Below the pieces are notes generated by a model, which worked only from the letters and a program-made list of their open reading frames with translations, had not been told where the DNA came from and did no database searches. Made by a program: the position numbers and the translations under genes. A stretch of 62,889 nt of DNA, counting the filler, from Octopus bimaculoides (taxonomy: Eukaryota), in NCBI RefSeq assembly GCF_001194135.2. It is 6 parts of 6 records of this genome, joined end to end, with 100 filler letters (N's around TTAATTAATTAA, not from the genome) between each part and the next. Parts side by side here need not be neighbours in the genome. Positions count along the whole stretch, not along the records: positions 21,371 to 28,880 come from NC_069000.1; positions 28,981 to 35,387 come from NW_026420893.1; positions 35,488 to 42,285 come from NW_026412300.1; 3 more parts are not named here. One strand, written 5' to 3'. Of the stretch, positions 24,190-37,392 are shown one piece after another. How positions within the stretch are numbered: position 1 is the stretch's first letter; each line of letters starts with the position of its first letter.

Positions 24190-24400
24190 CCGTAAGGAAA
24201 ACTTGCTGACATGCGAAGAACATGAAGTGCCTATAACAAGCTTTACAGAATCTGGTAATTTCGAAGTTAACAAGGCTGGCCTTCATGACATATATAGAGA
24301 GCATTCTTCTCTGTGGATCCGAAACCTGGAATATGAAAGAATTCAAGAGCGCTCTGGCGGTTCGAGTACAAGGCGTGAGTACAAGACCAAAGAGAGGATT
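24190..24400 (+). mobile_element. Highly decayed RTE-like LINE fragment
   Basis: Shifted frames give AYNKL..IW and IESILLCGSETWNMK (compare ESILLYGSETW). Confidence 0.5.
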
Positions 24401-24507
24401 TGTAGACACATTCCACTCATTGCAAATGTTGTTGTTTAGCGCATACTAGACACTGAAGGATATATACAGAGAGAGGGGGAGAGAGAAAGAAAGAAAGAAA
24501 TGCATAT

Positions 24508-24553
<46 letters not shown>

Positions 24554-24671
24554 CAGATCACTCTTAGTGTTACAAGTAGAACTTTTTGCATGTTCTGGCT
24601 GTCGGCGACTAAACAGGCGACCTTACCTAGCCAACTTGATAAGGAAGGTGGTTTTCGCTGGACACTCTACA

Positions 24672-24995
24672 CTGGTACACCGTCGGTTGCGAAGACAAGG
24701 GTCCCAGTTGATCTGATCAACGGAACAACCTGCTCGTAAAATTAACATGCAAATAGATGAGCACTCCACAGACATGCGTACCTTTAACGTAATTCTCAGG
24801 GAAATTCAGTATGACACAGAAAGTGACAAGGCCAACACTTTGAAATACAGGTACCACTCATTTTTGCCAGCTGAGTGACCTGGAGCATCATGAAATAAAG
24901 TTTTTTGCTCAAGAACACAATGCGCCGCCGGGAATCGAAGTCATGGCCTTCTGATCGTGAGTCAAATACCCTAACCACTAAGCCACGCAGCTTGG
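24672..24995 (-). mobile_element. SINE type D (tRNA head, different central domain, type A tail)
   Basis: The minus strand reads gcgtggcttagtggttaggg...ttcgattcc...gttcttgagcaaaaaac...cactcagctggcaaaaatgagt, then the same 3' body and tail as type A. Confidence 0.85.
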
Positions 24996-25802
24996 ACACC
25001 CCACGGTACGAAAACAAAACCTGACAAAGGACGCATGTACTTAGTTGAGTCAATGGCCATTCAACAGCAGGGGATGAGAGACCCCTACCTAGTCTTTGTT
25101 TATACATCTCTCTGAGAGAAGGAAAACATTTGCGACTTCGTTTGCATGAGAAGCAAATGCACGCGTTGTTTAAAGAGTTGGGTCAGCCCTGTACAACATC
25201 TTTCCTCACTTTAAAAGGCTCCAAACAGGCGTCGCTCGATTTTTAACATCTCTATTGATATCTCTATTATGTACTGCTTAGTAGGACTGTCCGTGGCCGA
25301 AAAAGGCAAAACATCAATGGAATATGCTATGATGGAATGAAGGCATGTGTCTCTGAACATTTAGTGGGTGAGACTATTGTTGCCACATCTGTGCGAAAGA
25401 GTGTATGTTCCTGGCAAGGACTGAAAATTCACATCCGTACTACTCTTGTTTAAGAGAACAACCAGGCGATGGGATTACTCGAAGCAAAGTTGCAATATGA
25501 TATATACGTATGTTACATACATGCATACATACACATATGCGTATGTGTGTGTGTGTATAATACCTAGATGGTACGGACACACATATATATATACACATAA
25601 ACACGCACACACATACACACACATATACATATATGTATTATACTTTTATATTATTCAAGTATATATATGCTTATACATGCATCAACTCTACAGGTCTCGT
25701 TTGTTAGCGGACAACTAGATGCCAATCTGATTACCCAGTCAGGACAATAAATGACATAACATAAAGTATAGAATAGCATAGGGTAGACATAATATCGTGG
25801 GA

Positions 25803-25920
25803 GGTCATGGCTTAACAGTTAGGGTATTGGACTTATGATCGTGATATTGTGATTTCGATTCCTGGATCAGATGACGTTTTGTGTTTTTGAGCAAAACACT
25901 GTTTCACGTTGCTTCAAAAC
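25803..25920 (+). mobile_element. SINE type D head, degenerate
   Basis: tggcttaacagttagggt...tttcgattcctgg...tttttgagcaaaacact. Confidence 0.65.
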
Positions 25921-26747
25921 GTGGCAAAAATGAATATTCTTGCAACGGACGGGCGTCCCATCCAGTGGGGAATATATACGCCACAGAACCCAGGAAAACA
26001 GCCCAATCAGTTTTTATGACTCGAGAACGATCTGTACCTTTTTGTATCTGTCACTTAGTTTAATCCTCTTTCCATTTGGCCTTTGTTTTTCTTTCATTGA
26101 GTCCCCTCTGTTGATAAGTTACTGTCGAGAATACTGTTGTCAGGATAGTGTTGTCGCCTTCACTACCGCACCATCACCACCAATCACAGTGTCCATGAAA
26201 AGGTTCATGGCCGCTGCCCTTCTCAAGCGATTACAAAGAAAAAAATTTCCATTAATGACATACGAATTAACTCTTTACTCGTCAGACAATTGTGGTATGA
26301 CGTCATATCTGTAACCTACTGTTTATTCTGAAATCGGTCATGTAATTTGAGAGAAATGTCTTGCCAAACCACCGCCAACATAGCAGCTACGTAACTGTTG
26401 GGAGGGGAAATCTTAGTAAGAGAAGCATTCTAAGCTAAATTAAGCTAAATTTGAAATATATCAGGAATCTGGGTGGTATGAGGGTTAGGTTTTTTTCTTT
26501 TCCTTTCTTTCAGATAAGCAAATATATTTGATCGTTTTGTTGTTAAGAGGGAAAAATACAAAAATACTACTGTTAAATAATATACAGCCTGCTGTGTCAA
26601 TTGGTAGAATTAACAACATCAACAGTAAACAAGTGAAAGAGGGAGACTGATCTAATAGAAAGACCAGTTAACTCTCTTTGTTTCTCTTTCTGTCTTTATT
26701 TTCTCTCTCTCTCTCTCTCTCTTTCTTTCTCTTTCTTTTTCTCCCCT

Positions 26748-26790
<43 letters not shown>

Positions 26791-28847
26791 AAATTACTCA
26801 TCGTCGCTTTTTTATAAAATGAACATATTGGATAATGTCCAAGGAACACAAGGCCTGAAAAAAGCTGGAAAGGAAGTCTTTGCCCGAAAATCAACTTGAC
26901 CAGAGACGTTTTAGGACCAAACAACAACATCGTTAACAACGTCAGTTTCTAGGCATATAACTGGCTACTTCATAATGATGTATTTGCGAACAAGCAAAAG
27001 AGTAAATTACCTTTCTCGTATTAGAAGTTAAATAACAAGGTTAACAACGTCAGTTGAGAGAGTCGGGAGAGCGCAAGACGAAGTATATTACAATTTTTTA
27101 AACTTCTTTTCACGTTCTCAGTTCAAACCCCACAGAAGCCACTGTTATTTTATTTATTTATTTATTTACATTCCTCTGAAATCGATGAGACAAATACCAA
27201 CCAAATATTCAAAGGTACCCACTCACAAAGTAAATAGTACTCTACCATTATGGAAAAAAAGAATGAAATGAAACAAAAACCCCATTGCATGAAATAACAA
27301 AAATTGTGGGCGTGGGTGACAATAAAAAGAATGCCTAGTTTGTTAGTCCTTGTGGCCTACATTTCAACCTATCTCCGGGACCGCTAAAATAAATATTGGC
27401 AATAGAGCGGTGAAATTACAGAAATTATTTCATGACAGGAGTAAATGCTTTGGGTGGTTGACTTAACCCGCTGCTCATTTTAATACTTGAGTACCTTGAG
27501 TGAAGTCCAGACTGTTCCATTCTGGGAATGTGTCCGCTCCAAGGATAACTTTTTCCCTTCTTTCCTCCAGTTTCGGAGGCCCTGAAGGGGATCCATGGAG
27601 CCAAACAAAAAAAAAACGTTCTTACAATAACCTGGTCCATATATAGAATAAATGATGGCATCTCTCACCTCTTGCAAATTTGTGACGTCTTAGTATCAAT
27701 GTGAAAATTCAGTAATATGCGCTGCCGCCACTGCTGCTGTTGCATCTTCACCACCTCATAGCGAAAAACAACTTTAGCCTTAACCAGGAACACTGTAAGT
27801 AATTGCATTCAAACCATGAAGCTCTTGGTTAAAGGTGCCTCAATGTGATCGATCAACCTACTAGAAATAGCCACCAAATCTCCATAAAATCACGTGCTAC
27901 AGTCTTTAAAAATATGGTGACGTTAAATAATGTGGTCTTGGGCTCCCTATTCTTAGAAAAACAGGATGGCTGGTCATGGATGGTATACCTCTAATCATGG
28001 ATTTGGTCAGTCATAGTTACCTTGAAGCTAAGCAGCAATATCTATAACAGTCAATCTATCAACAGGCTGACACACTATCATTTCAGTCAGATGTCATCTG
28101 TACATCTAGACATCTGTTCGACTATTTGGGACAATTGACACAAGAGGTTTGGGTGGAAGGAGAGTGAATATGAATAACGTTTCATAGTAAATCTCTAGCA
28201 TTGTCGGCTAGTTAATCGAGTCTGCGACATTTAGTAGTGGTGGTGGTGGTGGTGGTGGTGATGTAGCTGCAGCATCTATAGTAGTAAAGAAGTGGTGGCA
28301 GTGCTGCTGCTGCGATCAGTCATTTACTTTTTTTTAGTTGTCAAGGAACAGTGTAAATAAATAAATGGAAGAAAAACAGAAACAAACAAGTTGAAATCAA
28401 ATATCAACAACACGATTACGACGATGACTACAACGATAACAACTACAACATCAACAATTGGAGCCAAACAAAAAAAAAACGTTCAGTCTTGAGACATTTT
28501 CTTATAATAACTTGGTCCATTTATCGAATAAATGGTGGTTAAACCAGAAACTAAAAATAATGGGAAATTACAGGAGCAGACAGTATTAAACGCTAATAGT
28601 AGACAGTCGAACGCAATAGCTGATATTTAAAGAGCTGAATTGTATGGATTAAATAAGCCGGTACCATACCTCCTTTTATGTAAGTAGATAAGGAACATAT
28701 ACGTCCACAACACACGACCAAATTCATTGTTACATGAACGATGTTAGTTTAAAAGAATTCCACATCTCATCTTTCAACATAGGCAGTGTACTGTCTACTA
28801 ACAATAAAGGCAATATATATGTGCGTGTGTGTGTGTGTGTATGTATG

Positions 28848-28880
<33 letters not shown>

Positions 28881-28980
28881 NNNNNNNNNNNNNNNNNNNN
28901 NNNNNNNNNNNNNNNNNNNNNNNNTTAATTAATTAANNNNNNNNNNNNNNNNNNNNNNNNNNNNNNNNNNNNNNNNNNNN
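28881..28980. other. Artificial 100-bp scaffold spacer (44 N + TTAATTAATTAA + 44 N); also 21271-21370, 35388-35487, 42286-42385, 61534-61633
   Basis: The same 12-mer, with stops in all six frames, is centred in N runs of identical length five times. Confidence 0.95.
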
Positions 28981-29389
28981 TACACACATATAAATGTACT
29001 TTCGCACAATGCAGTGAGAATGAATTTTGAATAACCGTTAACTTAATTTAATTTACTTTAAGATATGGATGACTTAAGTTTACTTTTTTTCCTCCCCATC
29101 CTTTTAAACACCAAGTAAATAACTAACTCGCTTTTTGATCATGAGCGCACCAAACCTCGCGTGTGGATGTGCTCACATTTTTGCTGCTGCTTGTATGAGC
29201 GTCTGTACTCGTGCCGTGCAGCTTGCCCGAGTGTGTTATACATCCATATCTGTTAACGTTTATATACATATAAACATTAGTAATTGTGTCATATTAGTAT
29301 TGTTTCTTCCATTATCAAAAATGTATGAATGAATTCAAACAACTTTTAGTTAACCAGAAAAATGAAATATTTCTATTCTTGTATCATAC

Positions 29390-29536
29390 CCTATATAGCT
29401 TATCGTCACGCAAACTGATCATGGAAATCCTTGTAAAGTTTGACAGTTCTTCGTCTTTCATATCTTTTAATAAACTCTTTGGTAAAGAAATGAAGTCCAT
29501 CATATCATCTACTTGTGAGTTTGAGTCGTTATGTAT
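29390..29536 (-). CDS. Adhesion GPCR exon E (GAIN domain)
   Basis: Acceptor ttttcctccaccag, donor gtatga, 147 bp, phase 0/0. It encodes IHNDSNSQVDDMMDFISLPKSLLKDMKDEELSNFTRISMISLRDDKLYR, with the GAIN-typical ISLP.SLL and RI.....D..L motifs. Confidence 0.85.
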
Positions 29537-30449
29537 CTGGTGGAGGAAAATGGAACAAAAATTGAAATTGATACTTAAAAGAAAAACTCTTCTACGACTG
29601 AATTTTGTTGACGTCATAAAGATTTTTATAAACTTTTGACAGAACATGAAGTGAAGTAATTATTTCTTGGAATAGTGGTTTTCAAAGCACATGGATAAAG
29701 ATTTGAAAAATCCTTTGGAAAGGAGTATCCTCACAAGTAGCGCTTGATTTTCCTATTCAAAAATATTTTAAAGTCAATATTTTCCTGTTATTATTTAGAG
29801 TATTATGTGCTTCGAGATCCACTGCAAAAAAGGAATTATTACTATTACGCCTGTTATTGTTTTAGTAACTTCTACTTTTTCCACAAATACATTGCTACAA
29901 CATTACAGTTAACATAACAAATTAAACTCTCATTATCACCCACTGCCACTGCTTCATACACAAGTAATCAGAGAAGTTTCAATGTTAGTCGAGTAATTAT
30001 TCGTGTATTCAATAGTTTTCTTCTTATTGTCCCAATATTTGACTTATTTGCGGGTACCTAGTGACATGAATACAACAGTATTGTGTACAAGGCTACGGCT
30101 ATCTCAATCATTTCAACCATTTTCATCATTGGGTAACATTCCCGAAACATTTTGTAACTATGTGCACACATATCAAAGCAGATGAACACACTCACATAGT
30201 TAGACATTACACATTAGCATCAACGTTCCTCTTACTATATTGGCTGACAGTCGCATCAAATATATGTTAATAAAAATTAGGACAGCTTGTTCTTTTATTC
30301 TGTGCGTAGTTAAGAACATGTTTGAAATTGTGTAAGCAGTGATTTCGAAAGGGGTTCAGTAGCTCAACTATCAAAATTTCTATTGAATTCAATAAACGAT
30401 TTTTAAAAATTTCAATAACAGATTTCTTTTGTATTCAGAATATTCTCAG

Positions 30450-30450
<1 letters not shown>

Positions 30451-30508
<58 letters not shown>

Positions 30509-30531
30509 TATGTGTGTGTATGTGTGTGTGT

Positions 30532-30568
<37 letters not shown>

Positions 30569-30600
30569 TCTGTGTCTGTGTGCGTGGGTGTGGGTGCGTG
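30451..30600. repeat. (TG)n microsatellite in the aGPCR intron
   Basis: Read directly. Confidence 0.95.
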
Positions 30601-31034
30601 TGTGAGAGACAGACAGAGTATTTTATTAGATGCTCATATAAGAATAAAACAATAAACTTGAAGATGCTTGAAAGATCTATTGATAGGTTTTCTTTGTTTG
30701 TTTTTCGTCTGCGTGTGTTGGTTTGGTTCGATTGTACTTAGGAGTACAATTTTATTTTAGTTGTATTACTAAAAGCTTTCAGCCATGGAATGTTGTTTTT
30801 CGGAAATATGTTGTTTTCGAGAAGGTATTATTTTTGTTTTACTTTGCGGTGCGAGCCTTTGTATATGTTCGGGCGCATGGGAATGAAACTCTGAAAAGGA
30901 AGAAAGCGAATCCCCAGAAGAGATGCACACACGCACAAACACCAACACAAGCATATACAAAGAAATCATACACACTCAGGCACACACACAACACGCACAC
31001 TCACACAGGAGGCAGATCATGTATTTATATAGAT

Positions 31035-31419
31035 TGTTGTTGTTGATGTTGTTGTTGGCACTCCGTCGCTTACGACGTCGAGGGTTCCAGTTCATCCGAT
31101 CAACGGAACAGTCTACTCATGAAATTAATGTTCAAGTCGCTGAGCACTCCACAGACACATATACCCTTAACATAGTTCTCGGGGATATTCAGCGTCACAC
31201 AGTGTGACAAGACTGGCCCTTTGAAATACAGGCACAACAAGAAGCAGGAAGAAAGAGTGAGAGAAACCTGTGGTGAAAGAGTACAGCAGGGCTCGCCACC
31301 ATCCGCTGTCGGAGCCTCATGGAACTTTAAGTGTATTCGCTCAATAAACACTCACAACGCCGGTTTGGGAATCGAAACCGCGACCCTATGACCTAACCGC
31401 TTGGCCATTGCGCCTCCAC
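31035..31419 (-). mobile_element. SINE type A with small deletion in head
   Basis: Homologous to the other copies, with a (CAA)n tail and TSD atttatatagat (31023-31034, 31420-31431). Confidence 0.95.
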
Positions 31420-31960
31420 ATTTATATAGATACTTTCCGTTTTTAGGAACAGTTCAAGACCCAAAACTTCACAGTAAAATAGTCATAAAGATGTATGTAA
31501 ACTATTATTAACTAGATGGTTCCAAATTTTTTTGTGGTTTATATTTGTTCATGTAGTTTCTCTGTGTCAATTTATGACGGTGAGATGACAGTCTTCAATC
31601 TTTACCTTCCATGATCAAATTTCACCGATGTCAACTTTGCCTTTGATTATTTCTGGCTCAGGGAAATAAGTATCACTGAAGTCCTGGGGTCAAATGTAAT
31701 TGACACTACCCACTCAACAAATTTCAGACATTGTCCTTGTTGTAGGAAAGTTTATTGTGGTAGCGTTATTGCAAAATTATATAATTTGTGTGCTGCGTAT
31801 ATTATTATAATTTGTATTTCAATTGCAATCTCTATCGAGCTTTGTTACATAACTACTTTATGTGACTATAAAACATTATATTTCATCCTAATATATTTTA
31901 TTAACTTGGCTGTTTAAAAGAAACAGTTAGTAAGAGAGTAGTCAACAGAAAGTATTGTAC

Positions 31961-32132
31961 CTCACTCCTTGCTTTCGTTTCATTGGTTCCAAATGAAACA
32001 GCATAGACCAGACCATTGAAAGTGTCTTTCTCCACAGTGGCAACACCAATAGCAAAATTTAAAAAATCAACTGTGACTTGCTGCTCTTCCAGTGGAATTT
32101 TTTCTGAGATTTTTTCTAAAATTTCCAGCATT
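31961..32132 (-). CDS. Adhesion GPCR exon D (GAIN domain)
   Basis: Acceptor ttcttcgcag, donor gtacaa, 172 bp. It joins exon C in frame (AG|A = Arg) and encodes MLEILEKISEKIPLEEQQVTVDFLNFAIGVATVEKDTFNGLVYAVSFGTNETKARSE. Confidence 0.85.
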
Positions 32133-32269
32133 CTGCGAAGAAATGAAGAAAGCAACCTTCAGTTAACAGTGTGTTTCATATATTTAATAAACAATAGGTG
32201 TAATTACATTAATTATATTGATTAAAAAAATTTGTTCACGTGACTATTGCTAATACTGATTTCACAACA

Positions 32270-32490
32270 TCGCCACCGGCACCGCAACAACAACCACCAC
32301 TACCAACACCATCACCACCACCACCAACAACAACAACAGCAAGAATAACAACAAATACTACTAATACAATATTACTACTGCCACCGCTGCTTCCGCCGCT
32401 GCTGCTGCTGCCACCACTGCAACCCCTGCCACCGCTGCAGCTCCTACCACCACTGCAGTTGCTACTGCTGCTACTGCACAAACAACAAAT
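32270..32490. repeat. Compound CAA/CCA/CTG trinucleotide low-complexity tract in the aGPCR intron between exons C and D
   Basis: Read directly. Confidence 0.85.
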
Positions 32491-32506
32491 GTGATCTTAA
32501 TTTTAC

Positions 32507-32733
32507 CTGTTGGCACATCTGTCAGACTGTTCTGCCTCAGCCAAAATCTTCTCCGGTGTGTTTATCATATTGTTGATACTAGGAAGAACATTGTTCAGTG
32601 TTATATTGACGGACACATTTGATGTCAATGGCACCATTTTCTCAAGTGTGTCTACAGCCAAGTCAATGTCTTCTTCTTTGAAATACACTGATTTCTTTGA
32701 AATATTCAGGAGTTTTGTTGAAACCGGCTCAAA
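32507..32733 (-). CDS. Adhesion GPCR exon C (GAIN subdomain A; 5' part lost in gap 32734-33692)
   Basis: Open frame FEPVSTKLLNISKKSVYFKEEDIDLAVDTLEKMVPLTSNVSVNITLNNVLPSINNMINTPEKILAEAEQSDRCANR ending at donor AG|gtaaaa. It has the helical GAIN-A pattern and several N-glycosylation sequons. Confidence 0.85.
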
Positions 32734-34029
32734 NNNNNNNNNNNNNNNNNNNNNNNNNNNNNNNNNNNNNNNNNNNNNNNNNNNNNNNNNNNNNNNNNNN
32801 NNNNNNNNNNNNNNNNNNNNNNNNNNNNNNNNNNNNNNNNNNNNNNNNNNNNNNNNNNNNNNNNNNNNNNNNNNNNNNNNNNNNNNNNNNNNNNNNNNNN
32901 NNNNNNNNNNNNNNNNNNNNNNNNNNNNNNNNNNNNNNNNNNNNNNNNNNNNNNNNNNNNNNNNNNNNNNNNNNNNNNNNNNNNNNNNNNNNNNNNNNNN
33001 NNNNNNNNNNNNNNNNNNNNNNNNNNNNNNNNNNNNNNNNNNNNNNNNNNNNNNNNNNNNNNNNNNNNNNNNNNNNNNNNNNNNNNNNNNNNNNNNNNNN
33101 NNNNNNNNNNNNNNNNNNNNNNNNNNNNNNNNNNNNNNNNNNNNNNNNNNNNNNNNNNNNNNNNNNNNNNNNNNNNNNNNNNNNNNNNNNNNNNNNNNNN
33201 NNNNNNNNNNNNNNNNNNNNNNNNNNNNNNNNNNNNNNNNNNNNNNNNNNNNNNNNNNNNNNNNNNNNNNNNNNNNNNNNNNNNNNNNNNNNNNNNNNNN
33301 NNNNNNNNNNNNNNNNNNNNNNNNNNNNNNNNNNNNNNNNNNNNNNNNNNNNNNNNNNNNNNNNNNNNNNNNNNNNNNNNNNNNNNNNNNNNNNNNNNNN
33401 NNNNNNNNNNNNNNNNNNNNNNNNNNNNNNNNNNNNNNNNNNNNNNNNNNNNNNNNNNNNNNNNNNNNNNNNNNNNNNNNNNNNNNNNNNNNNNNNNNNN
33501 NNNNNNNNNNNNNNNNNNNNNNNNNNNNNNNNNNNNNNNNNNNNNNNNNNNNNNNNNNNNNNNNNNNNNNNNNNNNNNNNNNNNNNNNNNNNNNNNNNNN
33601 NNNNNNNNNNNNNNNNNNNNNNNNNNNNNNNNNNNNNNNNNNNNNNNNNNNNNNNNNNNNNNNNNNNNNNNNNNNNNNNNNNNNNNNNNNNNAAGTGATC
33701 ATCTCTATTGTTTTCTACTTCTTCATTTCCGTGGCCATTCTACAAAAAGTCATTAAAAATTCAAATCTAAATATTAACTTCTGTCATAACCTTTCCGTAA
33801 CGGATTCAAATTGATCCACCATTGGAGAACATGAACACATAATCTAAGAGCTCAAAAGAAAAATTACGACGTATTACTACTTGGTAGATAACTTTAATCG
33901 TAAACATTTACACATACACACATACAGTTGATCGTAATGAACACTGATACAAAGACATACACATTCCTCTTGACCTGAAACTATTAATAAATCTACTATA
34001 AGAGTATTTGGAAACCGTCTTTCACTCAC

Positions 34030-34181
34030 CTTCATCAATGTCTTCATTTGTGATGTTCTTTAGTTGTTGAGTGATCCACTCTGTATCGTTACACTGGGAC
34101 ATGCCCGTAAATGGCGAACACTTTCGTGATGTCCTATATTGATTTGTTGTCAACTCTTGATATGCTACCGTTCTGGAAGAA
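34030..34181 (-). CDS. Adhesion GPCR exon B (end of HRM-like domain, start of GAIN)
   Basis: Acceptor aaatttcag, donor gtgagt, 152 bp. It joins exon A in frame (TG|T = Cys) and encodes SSRTVAYQELTTNQYRTSRKCSPFTGMSQCNDTEWITQQLKNITNEDIDE without stops. Confidence 0.8.
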
Positions 34182-34492
34182 CTGAAATTTTTTTAGCAAA
34201 TATGTCTCATCGTTTTATTTCATCAATCACACTGGAATGCAAGAACTACGTTGATCTGGTTGTAAATTGTTCTTATAATCTAGTTTGATGTAGTTAGACC
34301 AAAGTAAAAATTATGTCACACTGTATATAAAATGAAAGACACCAGTGTTAAATGGTTTGAACTGACGGACATTAATTCTATAATCTTAATCTTTGTAGGT
34401 GTTTTATTTAGTTTACTGTGTAGCATTCTCTCACAAAGAGATTAAAGTGAAAACTTCAAAATTTGTGAAGAGAGAAAACAATACAAACGAAC

Positions 34493-34604
34493 CAGTGTCT
34501 TGTTGCTGTGTTTGCATGGCATCGAATCGTCGCATTAGTTCCTACTTTTGTCATTGGCCAATTGAATGTACCATTGTAAGTTGATGTGTCTTCATTACAA
34601 AACA
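34493..34604 (-). CDS. Adhesion GPCR (ADGRG2/4/6-like) exon A, hormone-receptor-like domain start
   Basis: Acceptor tttttcag and donor gttcgt bound 112 bp (phase 1 to 2) encoding FCNEDTSTYNGTFNWPMTKVGTNATIRCHANTATRH. This matches the C..G.F.WP.T..G..A...C...ATR.C pattern preceding GAIN domains in adhesion GPCRs. Confidence 0.85.
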
Positions 34605-34728
34605 CTGAAAAAGATACAGAATGAAGATATGAGATATTCATGAGAGAAGAACTTAGTGTAATTTATATAATGAAAATACAGGGATATTTGTAAAGGTAAG
34701 TGATTAAGTAATTATATTTTAAGCAAAT

Positions 34729-34810
<82 letters not shown>
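34729..34810. repeat. (TAG)n microsatellite
   Basis: Read directly. Confidence 0.95.
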
Positions 34811-35503
34811 TATATCATTATAACTTCGGTGATGAAGAAAAACAAAAACGATTAGATATCCACGTTCCAGTCTGGCGGAATGTATAAAGAATGGATACGT
34901 TACATTCGAAATTGTCTTAACAGACATAATTAAGAACGATTAAAGCCATGAATTAGGACAGCAAAAGCGAAGAGAGTTATAATAAATGGATTCTAAATAT
35001 ATTTACAAATTTAATCACTGATTTGTTGAATTAATCGCCCTTTCAATATATTGAAAAAGGTAAAAAGAAAAAAAGCGCATCTGGCACAAGTTGCTTCAAA
35101 CTCCAAATCAAAATGGGAGATAACTAAAGTAACCAGTTGGCACTGAATTTGCAGAATTGTTAGCACGTCTCCCTGGGATCTAGTTTCAAACTCTGCTGAG
35201 GTTAACTTTGTCTTTGCTCCTTTCCCGGTCTATAAAAAAAAACAGTATCAGTTCAAGCACTTTTAGTTCTGTATTCAAATCCCACTATGTCATTCCGGTG
35301 TGGTAGAATTAATCCATCATCCGGTTTAACAAAGCTGTCTGACAGCTTCAGTGCCACTAATGAAAAAGAACATTCTGATATAAGTATNNNNNNNNNNNNN
35401 NNNNNNNNNNNNNNNNNNNNNNNNNNNNNNNTTAATTAATTAANNNNNNNNNNNNNNNNNNNNNNNNNNNNNNNNNNNNNNNNNNNNCATACATACATAC
35501 ATG

Positions 35504-35534
<31 letters not shown>

Positions 35535-35715
35535 GCAAGAATATTTTTTTCCTTCGGAAAATGTGATCAAATTGCATCCTCTGCGGTCTGGAGGCTTCTT
35601 TGTTTTCGTTTGCTGTTACAATATATGTGGAACTATGTATCCGTTTGCATATATATTCATGTGTCCTAACCACATACACACCCTTGTGCACCTATATGGA
35701 TGTGTGTGAATGGGT

Positions 35716-35755
<40 letters not shown>

Positions 35756-35756
35756 T

Positions 35757-35788
<32 letters not shown>

Positions 35789-36328
35789 TTGATATAGATA
35801 TATAGATTCGAAGATCCATTTATATACATATAAATACATTTATAAACAAATTGACATACACATATCTGTAAATATGTATGTATGTATATATATNNNNNNN
35901 NNNNNNNNNNNNNNNNNNNNNNNNNNNNNNNNNNNNNNNNNNNNNNNNNNNNNNNNNNNNNNNNNNNNNNNNNNNNNNNNNNNNNNNNNNNNNNNNNNNN
36001 NNNNNNNNNNNNNNNNNNNNNNNNNNNNNNNNNNNNNNNNNNNNNNNNNNNNNNNNNNNNNNNNNNNNNNNNNNNNNNNNNNNNNNNNNNNNNNNNNNNN
36101 NNNNNNNNNNNNNNNNNNNNNNNNNNNNNNNNNNNNNNNNNNNNNNNNNNNNNNNNNNNNNNNNNNNNNNNNNNNNNNNNNNNNNNNNNNNNNNNNNNNN
36201 NNNNNNNNNNNNNNNNNNNNNNNNNNNNNNNNNNNNNNNNNNNNNNNNNNNNNNNNNNNNNNNNNNNNNNNNNNNNNNNNNNNNNNNNNNNNNNNNNNNN
36301 NNNNNNNNNNNNNNNNNNNNNNNNNNNN

Positions 36329-36402
<74 letters not shown>

Positions 36403-37392
36403 CTTACTACGTAGATATGTGTACGTACGTGTTTGTCTTTTGTGTTTATGTTTGTTTGTGTATGTTTGTTTTGTTGAAAGTGTGAAAAACTTTCACAGGA
36501 TAATGTTTCACCGCGGAAAAGGACATTCACTCAAACACGCATCCCTATACATGAACACAAATAAACACACAGGAAGCGCCCACTTTCAAACGCACATGCA
36601 TTCATGCAAGCTCGCTCACACATACACATATGTAGCGATTCATACATGTATCCGTATATGTGCCTTTACTCCAAGTGCGTGAGTGTACGTGTCTGTACAT
36701 ATACATATGTCACAGCAAACATATTCACATAACTATGTAATTTATGTTGACATATATTCACACGCATAAAACCGTTTAAGTACATACATTTATACCTACA
36801 TACAACGTTCAAATACGTATGCATTAATACATATATGCATTCATACATTTATGCATTCGCAATTACATACACGCGCAAAGATAATATATACGCAGATATA
36901 TGCATTTGCAATGAGAACATATACGCAGTTATGTACATGAACAAAGAAAATATACGCAAATACATATATATGCAGAGAATATATATGCAGATGTCTACAT
37001 ATACAAACATCAAAAAGACGAGCTTAACCATGGACAACTGTTTCGAAAACTTCAGCTTGTAAATCCGGTTAATAAATTTAAATTTATACCAATAAGAATG
37101 ATATAAATAATAATATGGGCATAGTTTGTGAGTAAATCCCTAAGTGACAATCTAGAAAAGCGTGGGTTTTCAAAGAAGAGAAACTAACTAGCTAACAGGC
37201 ACATTGCAAGTAAGCGGAACAATAAAAATATGGAAGGGTTTTCTCAAGTTTAAAATGTGACTTTGTTTTTGTTATCAACATCCCAACGACGGAGCTTTGT
37301 ATCTTTGTTGGAAACCAGCTCTTCCCATATAGGAAGGCTTCAAATAATTAAAAGTAGAACAGTACACGCATACGGACATATTAACGTGTATA

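Noticed and set aside
35255-35360. Possible exon ALKLSDSFVKPDDGLILPHRND just upstream of aGPCR exon A
   Set aside because: Good acceptor, but only a weak donor (gtgctt) lying in decayed SINE sequence; insufficient support.
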